Source: Candidatus Eiseniibacteriota bacterium
Lineage (GTDB): Bacteria > Eisenbacteria > RBG-16-71-46 > JABDJR01
Reading direction: 5' to 3'
Assembly: GCA_963783375.1 (NCBI GenBank)
Contig: CAWANH010000028.1
Coordinates: 1,952,001 to 2,016,000, forward strand
Length of the DNA stretch: 64,000 nucleotides
In this document: one piece after another, positions 48,853 through 58,686 of the stretch
Position numbering within the stretch: the stretch's first letter is position 1
How the letters are laid out: each line of letters opens with the position of its first letter
Position numbers and translations under genes: made by a program
Notes under the pieces: model-generated
The model's input: the letters and a program-made list of their open reading frames with translations, nothing else
Database searches by the model: none
What the model was told of the DNA's origin: nothing

Positions 48853-51800
48853 TCAGCTCTTGATCCGCAGGTTCTCGTAGCGGACGTTGGGGGTGGCGAA
48901 GGAAAGGGTGAGGCCCTGGATCTCCGGCCGGGCGAACCGGGAGACGGTCAGATGGAAGAGCGGCACCAGGAGCGCCTCCCGGGCCACGTGCTCCTCGATC
49001 TCGCGGTAGCGGGCGTGCCGGGCGGCGGGGTCGATCTCCACCTGCGCCCGCTCGATCAGCTTGTCCAGTTCGGGTGAACCGCAGTACTTGGCCGCCCAGC
49101 CCTCCCGGGAATCCAGGATCCCCCCCACCAGGGCGTGGGGGTCGGGATAGTCGGCCACCCACGCGCCCAGGGTGATGTCCGAACCTCCACTGCTCTGGAT
49201 ACGGTTGAAGTCGTCCCGATCACCGATCCCGTCGAAAGTAAGCCGGAAGCCGGCCGACCGGAGATCGGCGACCAACCGCTCGATGACCGAGCGGCGGGTT
49301 TCCCTCCAGCTCGGGATGACGCACCCGGTGAGCGCGACCTCCGCCTGGGTCCGGTCGGTGTCCGCGACCGCCCCCGCCGCGGAGGCGGCCAGCCCCGGGC
49401 TGTGCCCCAGGAGACCGGGGGGGATCATCCCGGTGGCCAGGACCGGGGCGGCGCCGGTCATCTGGGCCACGATGGTGGCCCGGTTGACCGCGTCCACCAG
49501 GCGGCGGCGGAGCGCCGGATCCCGCAGGGGCCCCCGGTGGGTGTTGAGGGCAAGGATGGCGGTGGAGATCCCGGGAATCTCGCGGTAGCCTCCGGCGAAC
49601 TCGCTGCTCCGGCGGAGGTCCTCGGTCATCTCGGGCAGGAGGTTGTAGGCCAGGCTGAAGCGGCCCTTGCGGAACCCGGCGTAGAGATCCTCGGCGGAAG
49701 GGGTGCTTTCGAACACCAGCTCCTCGCTTCGCGGATAGCCTTCCCGCCAGTAGCCGGGATTCCGCTCCAGATGGCACCGCTCCCCGGGAACGAACTGCGT
49801 GAGCCGGAACGGACCGGTGCCCACGCACCCGTCCCGGTGGCGCCGGGCGGCGAAATCGATCCCCTCGGGCACCACCGAGAAGGCGGTGTGGGAGAGCACG
49901 GCGGGGAAGTAGGGCACCGCACTCTCCAGGTGAATGGAGAACTCGCCGGCGGAGTGGATCTGGAACCCCTCCAGCTCCCCGGTCTCGCCGCGGATCAGCG
50001 CCGCCGCCCCGCGGACCGGAGACAGCGCCCAGCGGAACTCGCAGGCCTCGGTGGAGAGCGCCCGCTCCAGGCTGAACCGCACGTCCCGCACGGTGATCCG
50101 CCGGCCGTCGTGGAAACGGATGCCGTCCCGGAGCCGGATCCGATAGCGCTTCCCCCCGTCCTCCACGTCGATCCGGGAGGCCAGCCAGGGAATGATGCGG
50201 GCCCCCTCGTCGAGCCGGGTGAGGGTCTCGAACAGGGTCGACTGGACCTCGGCCTCGTCCACGTGGCTGGAGAGGAGCGGATCGAGGCTCCGGGTCACGG
50301 TCCCCATGATCGGGATCCGGATCGTCCCCTTTCCCACGGTGGCCGGCCCGCCCCCCGCGGTTTCCTCCTCCGCCTTCCCGAGCTTCCGGTAGTTGACGTA
50401 GGGGGGGCTGGTCTTGAGCTTCAGGCCCCGAACCTTGGGTCCGGGGATCCGGTAGTTGGTCTCGTGGAAGAGGGGAAGGAGCGCGCCCTCCTCCTCCAGC
50501 AGCCCTTCGAAGCGCCGGTAGAGGGCGACCCGCGACTCCGGACGGACCTCGGTCCGGGCCTGGTTCAGGAGGTCGTCGCACCGGGGGGAGGAGAAGAGCT
50601 TCCGGTACCGGCCGGTCTCGGAGTTGAAGAGCAGGTAGGTGAGGGCGTCGGGGTCGTCGTAGTCGCTGATGTAGCCCAGGGCCACGAAATCGATGCCGGT
50701 CGGATCGACGAGCTTCTCGTCGTAGGTCTCCTGGGTGGGCGTGACCACCTCGACCTCGACCCCCGCCCCGGCCCACGCGGCGAAGATGGCCCGGAGGAGG
50801 ACGCCGTGGCGGTCCACCGTGGCCGGGGAGAGGGCGGCGGTGAGCTTGATCGGTCCGGCGAGCCCGGTCGCGGCGACCCGCCCGGCGGCCTCCTCCGCCC
50901 CGATCACCCGCCGCCGGCGTCCGGGATCGTGGCCCAGGAGACCGGGGGGGATGAGCCCGGTGGCCGGCTCGGCCAGACGCCCCTTGGCGTTCCAGACCAG
51001 GTCGCGGACGCGGACCGACCCCAGGAGCGCGCGCCGGAGATCGGCGTTCCCGGCCAGCGGGCCGGAGACCACGTTCATCAGCAGGAAGAAGGTGCTCTTT
51101 CCGGGGACCTCTTCCAGGCGGCCCCGGAAGAGGGGCTCGCGCAGGATCCGCTCGAAGTCCTCGGGGGGAAGGCTTCGGCCCAGGTCGAACTCGCCGCTAC
51201 GCAATCCCGCCGCGATGGCCGAGGCGGTGAGCCCGGGCCGGAACTCCAGGGTCTCCAGCCGGGGGGGGCCGTTCCAGTAGTCCTCGTTCCGGGCCAGGAC
51301 GATCCGGTCGGCCATCTGGGACTCGATCCGGAACGGTCCGGTGCCGACGGTGTGCTCTCCCGCCTCCCCCCCTTTCCGGAGGGCCACCCCGGTGCTGGAG
51401 TCGGTGAGGAGGGCGGGGTAGATGGGGAGCGGTTCGGAAAGATGGATCTCCAGACGCTGGGGGGCGGCGGCGACCAGGCCGGAAACCTCGGGCGCGTCCC
51501 CGTCCAGGAACTCCCGCACCCCGCGCAGGATGGAGAAGGCCGACCGGGTATCGTTCTTGCCCAGGCGGATCGTCTCCTCGATGGAGCGTTTGACCCGCTC
51601 CGAGGTGAGGGGAGTCCCGTCGTGGAATCGAACCCCGTCCCGGAGGGTGAAGGTGAACGACCGGCCGCCCTCGGCCATGGTCCAATCCCGGCAGAGATGG
51701 GGGTGGAGCCGGCCTTCGGCGTCGGTGGTGAGCAGGGTCTCGAACACGTTGGCCGCGATCTCGGCCTGGGCGTCGTAGATGACCAGCCCGGGATCGAAGG

Positions 51801-54504
51801 TGGAGATCGGGCTCACCAGAGGCACGGTGAGCCGGCCGCCGGCCGGGATCTCCTCGACGGGTTTGCGGGCCTCGCTCCCCGGGCGGAGCCGCTCCATCTC
51901 CTGGAGGTACTCGTTGGCCTTGGCGTAGTCGGCGCGGAGGTTGGCCAGGGTGGCGGCCAGGGAGAGGAACTCGGCCAGACGCGCGGTGTCGCCGAGAGCC
52001 CGGGCCGCGGTCATGCCGCGCTCCACCCACACCGTGGTGTCCTCGGCCCGGCGAGCCTGCCAGGCCATCTCCGCGGCCTGAAGGATCGACTCCACCGCGC
52101 GCTCGCTCTTTCCGGTGCGCTCGAAGACGGCCGCCGCGGCCTCGGTTTCCCGGAGCCCCTCGGCCACGTCCCCCCGCATCTGGTGGGCCCGGGCCAGGAG
52201 CATGCGCGCCTCCGCCTCCAGAGACCGGTCCCCCTCCCACTCCTCGTCCAGGAACTCGAGGGCGGTGCCGGCGGCGCGCTGGGTCTCCTCGGGGCTGAAG
52301 GCCTCCAGGGAACGGCGGGCGTGGAGCAGACCGTACTCCACCGTCTTCTCCGGCTCGTCCCCTTCGGCGAAGTGATAGACGAGCTGGGGATAGACCCGCT
52401 CCAGGCGCCCGGTGTGCTTCTCCTCCAGGAGCTGGGCGTACTTCCGGTGGAGGGAGCGGCGTTTCCGCCGGGAGAGCTTGGCGTAGAGCACCTCGCGCAC
52501 CACGCCGCTGGTGAAGGCCATGACGTCGCCCCGGGAGCGGCGGTCCTCCTCGATCAACCCTTCCCGGACCAGCCGGTCGATCACGTCGTCCAGGTCGTCG
52601 TCGGCGCCGAGAATCGCCTCCAGGTCGTCCACGTCGAAGGACTTCCCGATCAGGGCGGCGATGGAGAGCACCTGGATCATCTCCTCGGGGAGACCGGTGA
52701 TCCGTTTCTCCACCGCCTGCTGGATGGTTTCGGGCAACTCGTCCGAGGCCACGTCCCCCCGGCCCGAGAGCCTCCACGCGCCGGTGGCGTCCTGGACGAT
52801 GCTCTCGGCGTCGAGCAGGGAGCGCACCAGCTCCTTGACGAAGAACGGGTTCCCCTCGCTCCCCTCGTAGAGCTGGTCGGCGAGACGGGGATCGATCTCG
52901 TTTCCCCCCAGGAGGGTGGAGAGGAGCTTCCGGTGCTCGGAGGCGGCCAGCGAGCCCAGGGTGACCGACGCGAACCGCGGGTCTCCCTGGAACGCCTCCA
53001 GCATGCGGTTGAGCGGGGTCTTCCGGGACATCTCCTCCTGGCGGTAGGTGCCCAGGATCAGGGTGGGGGTGGGGCCGAGGCGGCGGACGATGTACTGGAG
53101 GGCCTCGACGGAGATTTCCGCCCCGTGCAGATCCTCCAGGATCAGCACCAGGGGCTTTCCCCCGGCCAGCCGGATCAGGGTCCGGGCCAGAAGCTCGAAG
53201 ATCTGGTTCTTGTTGTCGAGAGCCCCCGCGGGCTCCACGGGGCCGGAGCCGCTCACCGACCCCGACGAGCGGACGTCCTCGATCTCGCTCAGCATGGGGA
53301 AGAGCGAGATCAGATCCGCGCGCACGTCGGAGAGATCGACCGTCGCGGAGGAGCTCCCGGTTCCCCGCTGGCGAAAAAAGTCCTGAATCAGCTCACAAAA
53401 TCCGTGGTATGGAAACGCGCCGTCCTGTTCCATGAACCGGCCGTGAAGGACGGGGATCTGCTGGGCGCGGGCCAGGTTCTCGATCTCGTCCAGGAGCCGG
53501 GTCTTTCCGATGCCCGCCGCCCCCGACACCACCGCGAAGTGGCACTCGCCGGTCTTGGCCGCGTTCAGGCGGGTCTGAAGCTCGCGGAGCTCCTTTTCCC
53601 GCCCCACGAACGGAGCCAGGGCCGGCCGGGCGGCGTGGGTGACCTGGGTGACCATGACCGAGAGCAGGCGATCGCTCTCCCGGTGCTGGTCCCGGTAGCG
53701 GCGGAGGACCTGGGCCAGGTCCCCCGCCCGCTGGGGCCGGTCCTCGGGGGCCTTGGCCAGGCAGGCCAGAACCACCGCGTCGAGGTCCTCGTCCAGATCC
53801 GGCACCAGGGCGCGGGGGGACTGGGGGATCTCGTGCACGATGCGGTAAAGGATCGACTGCAGCTCTCCGGAGAACGGGAGGTCTCCGGTGAGGCATTCGA
53901 AGAGCACGGTGCCGAGGGAGTAGAGGTCGGAGCGGCCGTCGACGGTCCGGCCCATGACCTGCTCCGGGCTCATGTAGCCCATGGTCCCCACCAGGACCCC
54001 GCTCTTGGTCATCCGGGACATGTTGTCGTCGCGGGCCAGCCCGAAGTCCATGAGGCGGAAGCGCACGCCGCCCCCCGGCTCGGGGGAGACCATGAGGTTT
54101 TCCGGCTTGATGTCCCGGTGATAGACCCCGTGGCCGTGGCTGTACTCCAGGGCCTCGGCGGTCTGGATCACCCCGTCGAGGATGTCCTTCAGGGTGAGGG
54201 TCTGGGATTTCAGGTGATAGCGAAGGCTCCGGCCGGTCAGGACCGGCATCACGAAGAAGAGCGATCCCTCGTGCTCGCCGATGTCGTGGATGGGGACGAT
54301 CGAGGGGTGGTCGAGCCGGGCCACGGTCTGGGCCTCGACCCGGAACCGCTGCTCCGCCTCGGCCTGGACCAGACCGGGGGAGGTGAGCTTGATGGCCACC
54401 TCGCGGTCCAGGAGGGGATCGCGGGCCTTGTAGACCACGCCCATTCCGCCCCGTCCCAGCTCGGATATCACTTCATAGCGGCCGGCCAGCTTGGTTCCGA
54501 TCAT
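48853..54504 (-). CDS. Ser/Thr kinase - STAND/AAA ATPase - helical repeats - two family-5 solute-binding domains
   Basis: Kinase motifs (LGRGGMGVV, HRDIKPEN, DFGLA); Walker A GAAGIGKT; LILEDLH; GNPFFV; two SBP_bac_5 modules (FETL...LRDGVRFHDG...GTGPFR...DYDDPD and DYPDPH). No signal peptide or TM helix seen. Confidence 0.85.
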   Translation of the reverse strand: MIGTKLAGRYEVISELGRGGMGVVYKARDPLLDREVAIKLTSPGLVQAEAEQRFRVEAQTVARLDHPSIVPIHDIGEHEGSLFFVMPVLTGRSLRYHLKSQTLTLKDILDGVIQTAEALEYSHGHGVYHRDIKPENLMVSPEPGGGVRFRLMDFGLARDDNMSRMTKSGVLVGTMGYMSPEQVMGRTVDGRSDLYSLGTVLFECLTGDLPFSGELQSILYRIVHEIPQSPRALVPDLDEDLDAVVLACLAKAPEDRPQRAGDLAQVLRRYRDQHRESDRLLSVMVTQVTHAARPALAPFVGREKELRELQTRLNAAKTGECHFAVVSGAAGIGKTRLLDEIENLARAQQIPVLHGRFMEQDGAFPYHGFCELIQDFFRQRGTGSSSATVDLSDVRADLISLFPMLSEIEDVRSSGSVSGSGPVEPAGALDNKNQIFELLARTLIRLAGGKPLVLILEDLHGAEISVEALQYIVRRLGPTPTLILGTYRQEEMSRKTPLNRMLEAFQGDPRFASVTLGSLAASEHRKLLSTLLGGNEIDPRLADQLYEGSEGNPFFVKELVRSLLDAESIVQDATGAWRLSGRGDVASDELPETIQQAVEKRITGLPEEMIQVLSIAALIGKSFDVDDLEAILGADDDLDDVIDRLVREGLIEEDRRSRGDVMAFTSGVVREVLYAKLSRRKRRSLHRKYAQLLEEKHTGRLERVYPQLVYHFAEGDEPEKTVEYGLLHARRSLEAFSPEETQRAAGTALEFLDEEWEGDRSLEAEARMLLARAHQMRGDVAEGLRETEAAAAVFERTGKSERAVESILQAAEMAWQARRAEDTTVWVERGMTAARALGDTARLAEFLSLAATLANLRADYAKANEYLQEMERLRPGSEARKPVEEIPAGGRLTVPLVSPISTFDPGLVIYDAQAEIAANVFETLLTTDAEGRLHPHLCRDWTMAEGGRSFTFTLRDGVRFHDGTPLTSERVKRSIEETIRLGKNDTRSAFSILRGVREFLDGDAPEVSGLVAAAPQRLEIHLSEPLPIYPALLTDSSTGVALRKGGEAGEHTVGTGPFRIESQMADRIVLARNEDYWNGPPRLETLEFRPGLTASAIAAGLRSGEFDLGRSLPPEDFERILREPLFRGRLEEVPGKSTFFLLMNVVSGPLAGNADLRRALLGSVRVRDLVWNAKGRLAEPATGLIPPGLLGHDPGRRRRVIGAEEAAGRVAATGLAGPIKLTAALSPATVDRHGVLLRAIFAAWAGAGVEVEVVTPTQETYDEKLVDPTGIDFVALGYISDYDDPDALTYLLFNSETGRYRKLFSSPRCDDLLNQARTEVRPESRVALYRRFEGLLEEEGALLPLFHETNYRIPGPKVRGLKLKTSPPYVNYRKLGKAEEETAGGGPATVGKGTIRIPIMGTVTRSLDPLLSSHVDEAEVQSTLFETLTRLDEGARIIPWLASRIDVEDGGKRYRIRLRDGIRFHDGRRITVRDVRFSLERALSTEACEFRWALSPVRGAAALIRGETGELEGFQIHSAGEFSIHLESAVPYFPAVLSHTAFSVVPEGIDFAARRHRDGCVGTGPFRLTQFVPGERCHLERNPGYWREGYPRSEELVFESTPSAEDLYAGFRKGRFSLAYNLLPEMTEDLRRSSEFAGGYREIPGISTAILALNTHRGPLRDPALRRRLVDAVNRATIVAQMTGAAPVLATGMIPPGLLGHSPGLAASAAGAVADTDRTQAEVALTGCVIPSWRETRRSVIERLVADLRSAGFRLTFDGIGDRDDFNRIQSSGGSDITLGAWVADYPDPHALVGGILDSREGWAAKYCGSPELDKLIERAQVEIDPAARHARYREIEEHVAREALLVPLFHLTVSRFARPEIQGLTLSFATPNVRYENLRIKS

Positions 54505-54720
54505 GGTTTGGATCACCGTTCAGGAGAGGTTCGGGGAGCGGGTGTCACCGGCGAGCGGGGACGCGAGGCTCGACCGCGCCGTCGGCCCCTTGGGCAACTC
54601 CGGGTGGAATCGGATGATAAGTCTATCTCATGCCAAACCCGCTCACCAGATGATAAGATAAGTCGCCTTACCGCAAGCTCATCCTGGGTTTTGCTCCACC
54701 ACCGCCCGCCGGGAGACCTC

Positions 54721-57700
54721 ATGATCGGCACCAAGCTCGGACCGTACAAGATCACCGAAACCATCGGCGAGGGGGGGATGGCCACGGTTTACCGGGCCTA
54801 CCAGGCCAGCATGGACCGACACGTGGCGGTGAAGGTGATCCGGGCCAACATCCTTCACGACCCTTCGCTTCGCGAGCGGTTCCAGCGCGAGGCGCGCCTG
54901 ATCGCCCGGCTCGAGCATCCCCACCTGCTACCGGTCTACGACTTCGACGGGGATCACGACCCGCCCTTCATCGTCATGCGGTTCCTGGAGGGGGGCACCT
55001 TGAAGCAGATCCTCGATCGGGAGGAACTGCCCCGGACCGAGGTCCTCTACATGCTCCGGCAGGTGGCCACCGCCCTGGACTACGCGCACCGCCAGGGAGT
55101 GGTGCACCGGGATCTCAAACCCTCCAACATCATGATCGACCGCGAGGGGAACGCCTTCGTCACCGACTTCGGGATCGCCCGCGCCGCCGACGGCGGGGAG
55201 GACCTGACCGGCACCGGCATCCTGATCGGGACCCCGGCCTACATGGCCCCGGAACAGGCCCAGGGGAAGCCGAACGTGGATTCGCGCGCCGACCTCTACG
55301 CCCTGGGGGCCATCGTCTACGAGATGCTGACCGGAAAGCCCCCCTTCGATCACGAGAACAGCATGGGCATCCTGATGGCCCACATCAGCCAGCCCGTGCC
55401 CTCGGTGGGCGCGCTCGACCCGTCGCTTCCCCCGGCGGTGGACGAGGTCGTGGCCAGGGCGATGGCCAAGGACCCGGCCGATCGCTTTCCCACCGCCGAC
55501 GCCCTGGTCGAGGGCCTGGCCGCCGCCTTGAGCCTCACCGCCGCGGACGCGCCCCGGCACCTCCAATCGGTGACCGAGATGATCTCGGTGGACCAGCTCG
55601 CCGCGTTCCGGGCCCAGATGGACGGCGGGAAGCAGCCGACCCCGACCGGGAGCACGCCGTCCGAGCAGCAGCGTCAGATGACCTCGGTGTACATGGACGT
55701 GACCGAGCTGGCGGAGATCCAGTACGAATCGGGCGCGGACACCGAAACCGTGCGCGGGCACATGGACCGGCTCTGGGAACGGTTCGCGGGGATCGCCGAG
55801 GAGCGGGGCGGGGTGATCCAGAGCCGCACCGACGAGGTCGGGGTGGCCCTCTGGGGCCGCGACCGGGCCAGCGAGGACGACGCCGAGCGGGCGATCCGGG
55901 CCGCGCTCCGCATGCGCGAGGCGGTCCAGAAGGAAGCCCGGCGCGTCTTCGGCGCCGCCTGGGAGCCCACCGAGGAGAGCCCGCTCCCCTACGCCGCCGG
56001 CATCACCACCGGCCCGGTGCTCCTGGAGCGCGAGGCGGAGACCGGCATCTATTCGGCCCGGGGCGCCTCGATCACCCTGGCCGGACGGTTGCGCGAGGCC
56101 GCCCCGGCGGGGAAGGTGCTGGTGGACTACGACACCTTCACCCAGGTGCGCGGGATCTTCACCTTCCAGTCCCACGACCCCATCCGGGTGCGCGGGCGGA
56201 AGGAGCCCCTGGAGGCGTTCATCGCGGTCCAGGCCAAGCCCCGGGCCTTCCGCCTCCAGGCCCGGGGGATCGAGGGCGTCGAGACGAGGATGATCGGCCG
56301 GGAGATCGAGCTCCGGATCCTCCAGGAAGCGCTCACCCTGACCCTGGAGGACGGCGAGACCCAGGTGGTGACGGTGGTGGGGGAGGCGGGGATCGGAAAG
56401 TCGCGTCTCCTCTACGAGTTCACCAACTGGATCGACCTCCTGGACGAGACCCTGTGGCTCTTCCGGGCCCGGGCCACCCAGCCCTCCATGCTCCAGCCCT
56501 ACTCCCTCACCCGCGACCTCTTCTCCTTCCGCTTCCAGATCCTGGACTCCGATCCCCTGGAGAGCGTGCACCAGAAGTTCCTCGCCGGGGTGGAAGTCTT
56601 CCTGGGCGAGGGAAGCGGGGACAAGGCCGCCTTCCTGGGGCAGCTGGTGGGGTTCGACTTCTCCGAGTACCCCGCGGTGGCCGCCGCGCTGGAGAACCCC
56701 GAGCAGTTCCGGGACACGGCGCTGGGGTACCTGGGCGAGTTCTTCACCGCGGCTTCGGAATCCAACCCGGTGGTGCTCCAGATCGAGGACATCCACTGGG
56801 CCGACGACCGGTCGCTGGACCTCATCAACCAGCTGGTCCGGGACAACACCCGGCTCCCGCTCTTCGTGATCTGCATGGCCCGGCCCAGTCTCTACGAGCG
56901 GCGCCCCCAGTGGGGGGAGGGCCAGCGCTTCCACGAGCGGGTCCAGCTCGAACCCCTCTCCCAGCTCTCCAGCCGCCGCCTGGTCAAGGAACTCCTGAAG
57001 AAGCTTCCCACCGTGCCGGCCGAGTTGCGGGACCTGGTGGTGGAGCGGGCGGACGGGAACCCGTTCTACATCGAGGAGCTGATCAAGTCCCTCATCGACG
57101 ACCGGGTGATCCTGAAGGGCGACGAGGAGTGGTCGGTGGATACCTCGCGCCTGGCCGGGCTCCGGGTGCCTCCCACCCTGACCGGGGTGCTCCAGTCACG
57201 GCTCGACACCCTGCCCCCCGTCCTCCACCAGCTCCTGCAGCGGGCCTCGGTGGTGGGCCGGATCTTCTGGGACCGCGCGGTGGTGTATTTGAGCCGGGAC
57301 ATGAACCTGAAGGACGACGAGATCGAGACCATGCTGGAGGAGCTTCGCGAGCGGGAGATGATCCTCCGCCGCGAGCAGTCCTCCTTCGCGGATACGGTGG
57401 AGTACGTCTTCCGCCACGCCATCCTCCGGGACGTGACCTACGAGACCCTGGTTCCCCGCCAGCGCCGCGCCCTCCACGCCCAGACCGCGGAGTGGTTGGT
57501 GGAGGCGGGGGGCGAGCGGGCCTCGGAGTACACGCTCCGGGTGGCCGAACACTACGGCCACGCCGGGGAGCCGGCCAAGGCCGCCGGCCATCTCCAGGAT
57601 GCGGCCCGGACCGCCGCCGGCCTGGGGGCCTACGACGAGGCGATCGCCGTGCTCCGAAAGGCCCTGGAGCTTCTCCAGGGGGAGGAGCATCGTGTGGCCG

Positions 57701-58686
57701 CGTTCCCGGTGGAGGTCCAGCTCGGGAGCCTCCTGTCCCAGCGGGGGGGGTTCGCCGAGGGCCGGGAACGGCTCTCCCGGGCCCTGGAGGGGGCGCGGAA
57801 GATGGGGGACCGGCCGCTCCAGGCCACCGCGCTCGGGGAGCTGGCCCGGCTGTCGCTCTGGACCGACGATCTGGACGCGGCCAAGACCTACCTGAACGAG
57901 GCGCTTCCCCTGGTGCGGGAGCTGGACGACCGCCCCGCCCTGATGTTCGTCCTCCGGCAGATGGGCAATCTCAACGTCAACGAGCCCGACCGGGCCGAGA
58001 GCTACTTCTCCGAAAGCGTCTCGCTGGCCCGGGAGCTGGGCGATCGCGGCGCCGAGGCCGCGGCGCTGAACGGGCTCGCCATCACCCACGACCTCCGGAA
58101 CGACTTCGAAGAGAGCATGGAGCGTTACCGGGAATCCCTCGAGATCTTCCGGGACCTGGGACAGCCCAAGTGGATGGCCATGGTGGGATCGAACATCGGC
58201 GGGGAGTTCACCCGTCGGGGGAAGTTCGACGAGGCCCGCGAGGCCCTCGATGCGGCGTTCCGGGCGGCCCGTGAATCCCGTGACGATCCCATGACCACCA
58301 CCGTTCTCCTGGAGCAGGGGCGCCTGGCGCTGAGGGAAGGTCGGGACGAGGAAGCGGCGGCGCTCCTGGGGAAGTCGCTGGACCTGGCCCTCAAGCTTGG
58401 GACCCGGCCGGTGCCGCTTCTCATCTCCTGCGCCGTGATCCGGGCCCGCGCCGGCCGCCGGGACGAGGCCCTGGCCTGGGTCGGCCTGGCCCGGGCCCAG
58501 ACCGGCGTCTGGCAGAAGCTCGAGATCGACCGGGACATCGCCGAGTGCCTACCCCTGGTTCGCGGCGACCTTGCCGACGAGGCGGTCGAGGCGGCCATGA
58601 AGGCGGGCGAGTCGCTGGATCTGGGCGAGGTGCTGGAGGGGATCCGGCGGGAAGGCATCCTGCCCGGGGGTTCTCAGGGCGCGTAG
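54721..58686 (+). CDS. Ser/Thr kinase - degenerate class III cyclase - STAND/AAA ATPase - TPR protein
   Basis: ATG 54721; kinase motifs (IGEGGMATV, HRDLKPSN, DFGIA); cyclase-like segment (QRQMTSVYMDV...EDDAERAIRAAL...GITTGPV); Walker A GEAGIGKS; GNPFYIEE; C-terminal TPRs. Confidence 0.85.
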   Translation: MIGTKLGPYKITETIGEGGMATVYRAYQASMDRHVAVKVIRANILHDPSLRERFQREARLIARLEHPHLLPVYDFDGDHDPPFIVMRFLEGGTLKQILDREELPRTEVLYMLRQVATALDYAHRQGVVHRDLKPSNIMIDREGNAFVTDFGIARAADGGEDLTGTGILIGTPAYMAPEQAQGKPNVDSRADLYALGAIVYEMLTGKPPFDHENSMGILMAHISQPVPSVGALDPSLPPAVDEVVARAMAKDPADRFPTADALVEGLAAALSLTAADAPRHLQSVTEMISVDQLAAFRAQMDGGKQPTPTGSTPSEQQRQMTSVYMDVTELAEIQYESGADTETVRGHMDRLWERFAGIAEERGGVIQSRTDEVGVALWGRDRASEDDAERAIRAALRMREAVQKEARRVFGAAWEPTEESPLPYAAGITTGPVLLEREAETGIYSARGASITLAGRLREAAPAGKVLVDYDTFTQVRGIFTFQSHDPIRVRGRKEPLEAFIAVQAKPRAFRLQARGIEGVETRMIGREIELRILQEALTLTLEDGETQVVTVVGEAGIGKSRLLYEFTNWIDLLDETLWLFRARATQPSMLQPYSLTRDLFSFRFQILDSDPLESVHQKFLAGVEVFLGEGSGDKAAFLGQLVGFDFSEYPAVAAALENPEQFRDTALGYLGEFFTAASESNPVVLQIEDIHWADDRSLDLINQLVRDNTRLPLFVICMARPSLYERRPQWGEGQRFHERVQLEPLSQLSSRRLVKELLKKLPTVPAELRDLVVERADGNPFYIEELIKSLIDDRVILKGDEEWSVDTSRLAGLRVPPTLTGVLQSRLDTLPPVLHQLLQRASVVGRIFWDRAVVYLSRDMNLKDDEIETMLEELREREMILRREQSSFADTVEYVFRHAILRDVTYETLVPRQRRALHAQTAEWLVEAGGERASEYTLRVAEHYGHAGEPAKAAGHLQDAARTAAGLGAYDEAIAVLRKALELLQGEEHRVAAFPVEVQLGSLLSQRGGFAEGRERLSRALEGARKMGDRPLQATALGELARLSLWTDDLDAAKTYLNEALPLVRELDDRPALMFVLRQMGNLNVNEPDRAESYFSESVSLARELGDRGAEAAALNGLAITHDLRNDFEESMERYRESLEIFRDLGQPKWMAMVGSNIGGEFTRRGKFDEAREALDAAFRAARESRDDPMTTTVLLEQGRLALREGRDEEAAALLGKSLDLALKLGTRPVPLLISCAVIRARAGRRDEALAWVGLARAQTGVWQKLEIDRDIAECLPLVRGDLADEAVEAAMKAGESLDLGEVLEGIRREGILPGGSQGA

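Noticed and set aside
49135-54720. N-terminal 1862 aa of the 3183-aa ORF
   Set aside because: It is the antisense shadow of the kinase gene on the - strand; the real gene starts at ATG 54721.
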